Below are positions 55,222 through 58,425 of a stretch of 58,425 nt of DNA, piece by piece. The notes beneath the pieces are model-generated. The model had not been told where the DNA came from and searched no databases. It saw only the letters and a program-made list of their open reading frames with translations. Every line of letters begins with the position of its first letter. Position 1 is the first letter of the stretch. The position numbers were made by a program, and so were the translations under genes. This DNA is from an uncultured Candidatus Saccharibacteria bacterium. GTDB taxonomy: Bacteria > Patescibacteriota > Minisyncoccia > Phycocordibacterales > Phycocordibacteraceae. Location: positions 6,463-64,887 of the forward strand of contig CAYSUL010000002.1 in the NCBI GenBank assembly GCA_964434255.1, written 5' to 3'.

Positions 55222-55944
55222 ATGCGGGTATACGCGAGCGAGTTCGCGCACGCCTACAGTTCATACGCCTTCGGCTACACGTTGCATGCTCAAATAGAAG
55301 CAGGAGATGACTCTCGCACCCTCTACGAACAGGGGTTCCTCCCCTTTTCAGCCGATCCTACCCTCCACGATCGGTTCTATATGGCACGGAGCGTGCGCGT
55401 ACCTCTCGCTGGCTGGAAGCCCACGAGCGAGAACCGCCGTATCCTACGGAAGTTCGATGGCGTGTTCGCAGCGGATATCCTCACTCGAGACGAGCTCCGT
55501 ACTGATGCCGCTCTCAAGGATTGCTTCCTCGACTACTTCGCCGATCGTCACGGCCAGAGCATCATGAGCGCCGCGAGGCTCGACGGCATACTCGAATCCG
55601 TACTTCCCCTTTCCTGCATGCGGTACAGGGATACTGATGGGATTCCGGTCTCCTATGTGCTCCACATCAATACGCCGGACTTCACCCACTACTGGTTCTC
55701 ATGCCACCAGACGAAGTACGCCGGGACATCGCTCGGCATGTGGCTCATGCTCGATAGCGTGCGGCGTGCGCAGGAGGAAGGACGGAAGCATCTCTACCTT
55801 GGTACGGCGTACGGAGAGAAGGGACGCTACAAGATGAATATAACGCCACTTGAATTCTGGAACGGCAGCGAGTGGAACGCGAACGAAAAACTCCTTAAGG
55901 AGCTCATCGCGGATGATGGCACGCGGGAAGTCGCGCGAAGCTAG
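55222..55944 (+). CDS. ATE/Bpt-like aminoacyl-tRNA-protein transferase homolog lacking the N-terminal Cys motif
   Basis: 240 aa. GFLPFS..FYMARSVRVPL..SENRRILRK and GTSLG..HLYLGTAYGEKGRYKMNITPLEFWNGSEW are colinear with Bpt/ATE1 (GFRRSG..CxxC..iRi..S.sqRR; SLGt..wlYLGY.i....M.YK..F.P.e....W). Confidence 0.5.
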   Translation: MRVYASEFAHAYSSYAFGYTLHAQIEAGDDSRTLYEQGFLPFSADPTLHDRFYMARSVRVPLAGWKPTSENRRILRKFDGVFAADILTRDELRTDAALKDCFLDYFADRHGQSIMSAARLDGILESVLPLSCMRYRDTDGIPVSYVLHINTPDFTHYWFSCHQTKYAGTSLGMWLMLDSVRRAQEEGRKHLYLGTAYGEKGRYKMNITPLEFWNGSEWNANEKLLKELIADDGTREVARS

Positions 55945-55945
55945 G

Positions 55946-56488
55946 CTATTCGCACGGAACGTTCTCCACGGATTCGACTGCCTTAAGGTACCGCATGCTT
56001 ATCGGCACCCGTACCAATTGATAGGGCTGCGTAAGTACCTGGGTCGTGACGCAGCCTGCTCCTGGCGCGGTCAGAGTTATGGCTACCGTACGAATGTCGC
56101 CGGTGTCGGTCACTTTCGTAACCTCTATTGCATGGCCTCCGGATGATTTCGTCCCTGCGAACACGCCGATGACGTACTCCTTCGAGAAGTCGATGGAAGG
56201 CACTGCCATCTTGTCGTCGCCATGCGCGAGCTTCCACACGCGCAGGAACGCTTCCTGATCGCGTGCGGCATAGTTCTTGCGCTCCGCCATGTCGCTTGCG
56301 CTAGCTCCGCTATCAAGGACGGAGAATGCGACATCGGTCTCGATTTCAGGCGCGCTCGGTACGCTCGCCACCTGATTCTCGAACGAGGTCGGGGCGCCCA
56401 CTCCGCTGTCTGGTGCGTAGAAATAGAAATAGGCGCCAAGGAGTATGGCGATGATGCACAGAGCGAGGACGACGAGCGTGTTTCTCAT
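55946..56488 (-). CDS. PrcB-C-domain-like exported protein
   Basis: 180 aa. It has an N-terminal anchor and VIGVFAGTKSSGGHAIEVTKV, typical of the PrcB_C family. Confidence 0.5.
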   Translation of the reverse strand: MRNTLVVLALCIIAILLGAYFYFYAPDSGVGAPTSFENQVASVPSAPEIETDVAFSVLDSGASASDMAERKNYAARDQEAFLRVWKLAHGDDKMAVPSIDFSKEYVIGVFAGTKSSGGHAIEVTKVTDTGDIRTVAITLTAPGAGCVTTQVLTQPYQLVRVPISMRYLKAVESVENVPCE

Positions 56489-56494
56489 ACGGAA

Positions 56495-56500
56495 AGTATA
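56495..56500 (-). promoter_or_regulatory. -10 box TATACT (context CGGTATACT), 6 nt upstream of the ATG at 56488
   Basis: The minus strand reads gcGGTATACT-ttccgt-ATG. Confidence 0.35.
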
Positions 56501-56535
56501 CCGCTGCCTGGCGGATGAAGGGACGCGGGTGGGTA

Positions 56536-56566
56536 TAGGAAAGCGCGCGGCCTGGGGGCCGCGCGC
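56536..56566 (-). terminator. 10-bp all-GC hairpin with a weak T-run
   Basis: gcgcgcggcc-tggg-ggccgcgcgc. The minus strand then reads TTTCC. Confidence 0.4.
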
Positions 56567-56575
56567 CGAACCACG

Positions 56576-57190
56576 CTAGAGTGGTGTAGTGAGCGTACGC
56601 AACGCACACCACGAACCCATGAGTGGTCGTTGGTTCCTGAAGTAGAGATCTCGTGCCCGACGATATATCTCGAGCCTCCGCAGGCTATCCCGGATGTGCC
56701 GAGCATCACGCGACGCCCGGTTGATGCAGAACCACCCGAACTGTCGGATGGCTTCCTCGCCTGATCGCAACGCGACGTCGGCGTACGCCAGCTCGAGAGA
56801 CTGGCGCACGGGTTCGCAAACGGGTTCGAGAGCGGCACGCTCGAGGCCACAACGAGCGACCTCAAGCACCTGCTCCCGCAAGAGCCAACAGGTACCCTCT
56901 CCCAAGTCCCTGTTGCTGTACCACAGAAGAAGAACAGAGATGGCCTCCAAGTCCTCGGGATTGCCTGTCTTCATCGCGATGGCTGTCGCTTTCTGGATGT
57001 CCGGCATGAGGCGGAGTAGTTCTGCCGTGACGTTCACGTGGTCGCGTGCGTCGTAATAGGTCTTTGCGACCTTAAGCACGTTCTCAGGGGAGCGATTCGT
57101 CGTGAGACTCATGCGCGCACTATCGACGGCCTGGGCATAATCCTCTTCTCGGGGGAGCCGCGCGATTACTTGAGGGCTTGCGAACGACAT
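56576..57190 (-). CDS. Hypothetical helical protein (204 aa)
   Basis: Long ORF with an 11-nt canonical SD 6 nt upstream of the ATG. No family recognised. Confidence 0.6.
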   Translation of the reverse strand: MSFASPQVIARLPREEDYAQAVDSARMSLTTNRSPENVLKVAKTYYDARDHVNVTAELLRLMPDIQKATAIAMKTGNPEDLEAISVLLLWYSNRDLGEGTCWLLREQVLEVARCGLERAALEPVCEPVRQSLELAYADVALRSGEEAIRQFGWFCINRASRDARHIRDSLRRLEIYRRARDLYFRNQRPLMGSWCALRTLTTPL

Positions 57191-57192
57191 AT

Positions 57193-57203
57193 ATCACCTC
57201 CTT
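57193..57203 (-). promoter_or_regulatory. Strong canonical Shine-Dalgarno AAGGAGGTGAT
   Basis: The minus strand reads gAAAGGAGGTGATatatATG. It is complementary to the canonical 16S tail AUCACCUCCUU. Confidence 0.7.
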
Positions 57204-57249
57204 TCAGGTGCAATTGTCTGTACGCACTATGCTATAAAAACCACCTTAG

Positions 57250-57322
57250 TGCAAGCGGAAGGATTCGAACCTTCGACCGCTCGAGTATCAGTCGAGTGCT
57301 CTACCAACTGAGCTACGCTTGC
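57250..57322 (-). tRNA. tRNA-Ile (anticodon GAU)
   Basis: The reverse complement is GCAAGCG-TA-GCTC-AGTTGGTA-GAGC-A-CTCGA-CTGATAC-TCGAG-CGGTC-GAAGG-TTCGAAT-CCTTC-CGCTTGC plus discriminator A. It folds as a full cloverleaf. CCA is not encoded. Confidence 0.9.
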
Positions 57323-57332
57323 GAACCTTCGG

Positions 57333-57341
57333 ATACTATCA
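57333..57341 (-). promoter_or_regulatory. Extended -10 box TGATAGTAT, 10 nt upstream of the tRNA-Ile 5' end
   Basis: The minus strand reads TGaTAGTAT-ccgaaggttc-GCAAGCG. Confidence 0.35.
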
Positions 57342-57397
57342 GAAATCCCCACCCCCTTCCAGCTCCCTCTGGTTTCTTCGATATACTGCGATTAAGG

Positions 57398-57541
57398 ATG
57401 GTACATCGCGGAACAACCCGTGAAGCCAAAGGCCTCAACCAAGTGAGGCACTCTACGATTGAGGAGAAGCAGAGACGCCACCGCAACAAGCTCCGTATCT
57501 GGAGGAGGGCCGTGAAGCGGCTTGCGCTGGTACCAGTATAA
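57398..57541 (+). CDS. Candidate 47-aa Arg/Lys-rich small protein in the 16S/tRNA spacer (speculative)
   Basis: MVHRGTTREAKGLNQVRHSTIEEKQRRHRNKLRIWRRAVKRLALVPV*. TATACT at 57382-57387 lies 10 nt upstream. The stop codon abuts the 20-bp hairpin. Confidence 0.25.
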   Translation: MVHRGTTREAKGLNQVRHSTIEEKQRRHRNKLRIWRRAVKRLALVPV

Positions 57542-57590
57542 AAGTACAGGGCGGATGATTCTCCGAGGAAAATCATCCGCCCTGTACTTT
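57541..57590. terminator. Perfect 20-bp inverted repeat (10-nt loop) between the 16S 3' end and tRNA-Ile
   Basis: aaagtacagggcggatgatt-ctccgaggaa-aatcatccgccctgtacttt. The minus strand continues TTTTATAC. It could be a terminator or an rRNA-processing stem. Confidence 0.55.
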
Positions 57591-57786
57591 AGTGTGTATC
57601 TAAGAAATCTCGCCCTCTTGTGTTCCGCCTATTCAAGCTCGTGAAAGCGTCAATTGAGCGCTTCCACTTACTACCGGTGCGTTTTTCCGGCGTCCGAGTG
57701 CCTGTTTAAGGACAGAGCACCATCTCCTCAACAATCCGAAGATTGTCGATCGACCGGATGAGCGTGATTCCTCACGACTCTGTTCC

Positions 57787-58425
57787 GATTGGATATGTTC
57801 CACGACCAGCTTCCGCTAGCCGTGCCTTGTTACGACTTACTCCCTGTCACTGAATTTACCGTAGTCCTGCGTAAAGCAAGATTTCGGGTACCCCCAGCTT
57901 CCTTGAGTTGACGGGCGGTGAGTACAAGACTCGAGAACGTATTCACCCTGGTATGGCTGACCCAGGATTACTAGCGATTCCATCTTCACGAGGTCGGTTG
58001 CAGACCTCGATCCGTACTGGGGTCGGTTTTGGGGATTTGCTCCACCTTACGGTATTGCGTCCTTCTGTACCGACCATTGTATCACGTGTGCAGCCCCAGG
58101 CATCAAGGGACATGCTGATTTGGCGTCATCCACACCTTCCTCCCCCGTGAGGGGGCAGTCTCGCCTGACATATATAACAGACAACGTGGGTTGCGTTCGT
58201 TACCCCACTGAAGGGAACAGCTCAAGCCACGAACTGACGACAACCATGCATCACCTGCCAAACACCCTCGAAGGCTTCCTCCGTTTCTGGAGGCGTGCAG
58301 TTTGGTTTCTAGCCTGGGTAAGGTTCTTCGCTTACCGACGAATTAAGCCACATGATCCACCGCTTGTGCGAGTCCCCGTCTATTCCTTTGAGTTTTAATC
58401 TTGCGATCGTACTACCCAGGCGGCT
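57787..58425 (-). rRNA. 16S rRNA gene, 3' ~640 nt (about E. coli position 880 to the end); continues beyond the window
   Basis: On the plus strand I see reverse complements of conserved 16S blocks. These are ccttgttacgactt (1492 region), acgggcggtgagtaca (1392 region), gggttgcgttcgtta (1100 region), cgaattaagccacatgatccaccgcttgtgcg and ccgtctattcctttgagttt (907 region). Helix 45 with a GGAA loop is at 57801-57824. The 3' end coordinate is approximate. Confidence 0.95.

Noticed and set aside
57191-57205. atcacctcctttc on the plus strand as a relic 16S 3' end in the opposite orientation
   Set aside because: The preceding sequence has no helix-45 similarity. The motif sits 6 nt from the ATG of the minus-strand gene at 57190 and is simply its Shine-Dalgarno complement.
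57250-57322. tRNA as an integration site for a genomic island carrying the glycan genes
   Set aside because: No integrase, recombinase, direct repeat of the tRNA 3' end or transposase is visible anywhere in the window.
57038-57576. ORFs of 167 aa (plus) and 87 aa (minus) spanning the tRNA and spacer
   Set aside because: They run through the tRNA-Ile gene and structured spacer. Only the short 57398-57541 segment is kept, as a low-confidence candidate.
57908-58398. 80-aa and 92-aa plus-strand ORFs
   Set aside because: They lie inside the 16S rRNA gene.
1-58425. Alternative genetic code (UGA recoding, as in some candidate phyla)
   Set aside because: Long family-consistent ORFs end at TGA, including many ATGA overlaps. 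No in-frame TGA interruptions of recognisable proteins were seen.

Overview
GC-rich bacterial window read with the standard genetic code (TGA is used as a stop, often in ATGA stop/start overlaps). No homology search was possible, so all product calls come from motifs I recognise in the supplied translations. The gene content and partial 16S suggest a Patescibacteria/CPR-like organism (thin housekeeping set, many GT4 enzymes, a soluble coupling-protein-like ATPase, Cys-rich surface proteins); this is inference only. Layout: (1) 1-4141 holds a truncated upstream gene, secA, an unannotated 45-aa Lys/Ala-rich basic protein with its own terminator, and murB. (2) About 4.1-46.3 kb is one very large, almost gap-free glycan-biosynthesis region. 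It contains a Wzy_C/O-antigen-ligase-like TPR protein and a nonulosonic-acid (pseudaminic/legionaminic-type) gene set. That set has a PseB-like dehydratase, two DegT aminotransferases, a GNAT, a NeuB-family synthase, a cytidylyltransferase and a PP-loop N-acetyl-sugar amidotransferase fused by ATGA to an amidase. A SucC-like/SucD-like/citrate-synthase-like trio sits in the middle of that sugar operon. The region also holds a KpsS-like protein, a Wzx flippase, a His-for-Lys DegT homolog (sugar 3-dehydratase type), six GT4 genes, a GtrA/GtrB-like pair plus a candidate GT-C membrane protein, AsnB, a short UGDH-like protein, three SDR epimerase/dehydratases and six SAM-methyltransferase paralogs. 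(3) 46.4-52.0 kb holds a soluble TraD/VirD4-like ATPase with a long Pro/Arg-rich tail, small proteins, an exported protein, a Cys-rich tandem-repeat surface protein and a membrane-anchored propeller-like protein. (4) 52.0-57.2 kb holds rsmI, a putative YfiH/PgeF-like protein, a Mur ligase (Mpl/MurC type), an ATE/Bpt-like aminoacyl-tRNA transferase homolog, a PrcB-like protein and a hypothetical protein. (5) 57.25-58.4 kb holds tRNA-Ile(GAU) and the 3' ~640 nt of a 16S rRNA gene on the minus strand, with no 23S downstream. Cross-cutting signals: the 16S tail reads GGAACAUAUCCAAU where GGAUCACCUCCUUA is expected. Several unit-leading genes have no SD but carry a -10 or extended -10 box 6-9 nt from the ATG, which is leaderless-type geometry. 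No CRISPR array, transposase or integrase was seen.
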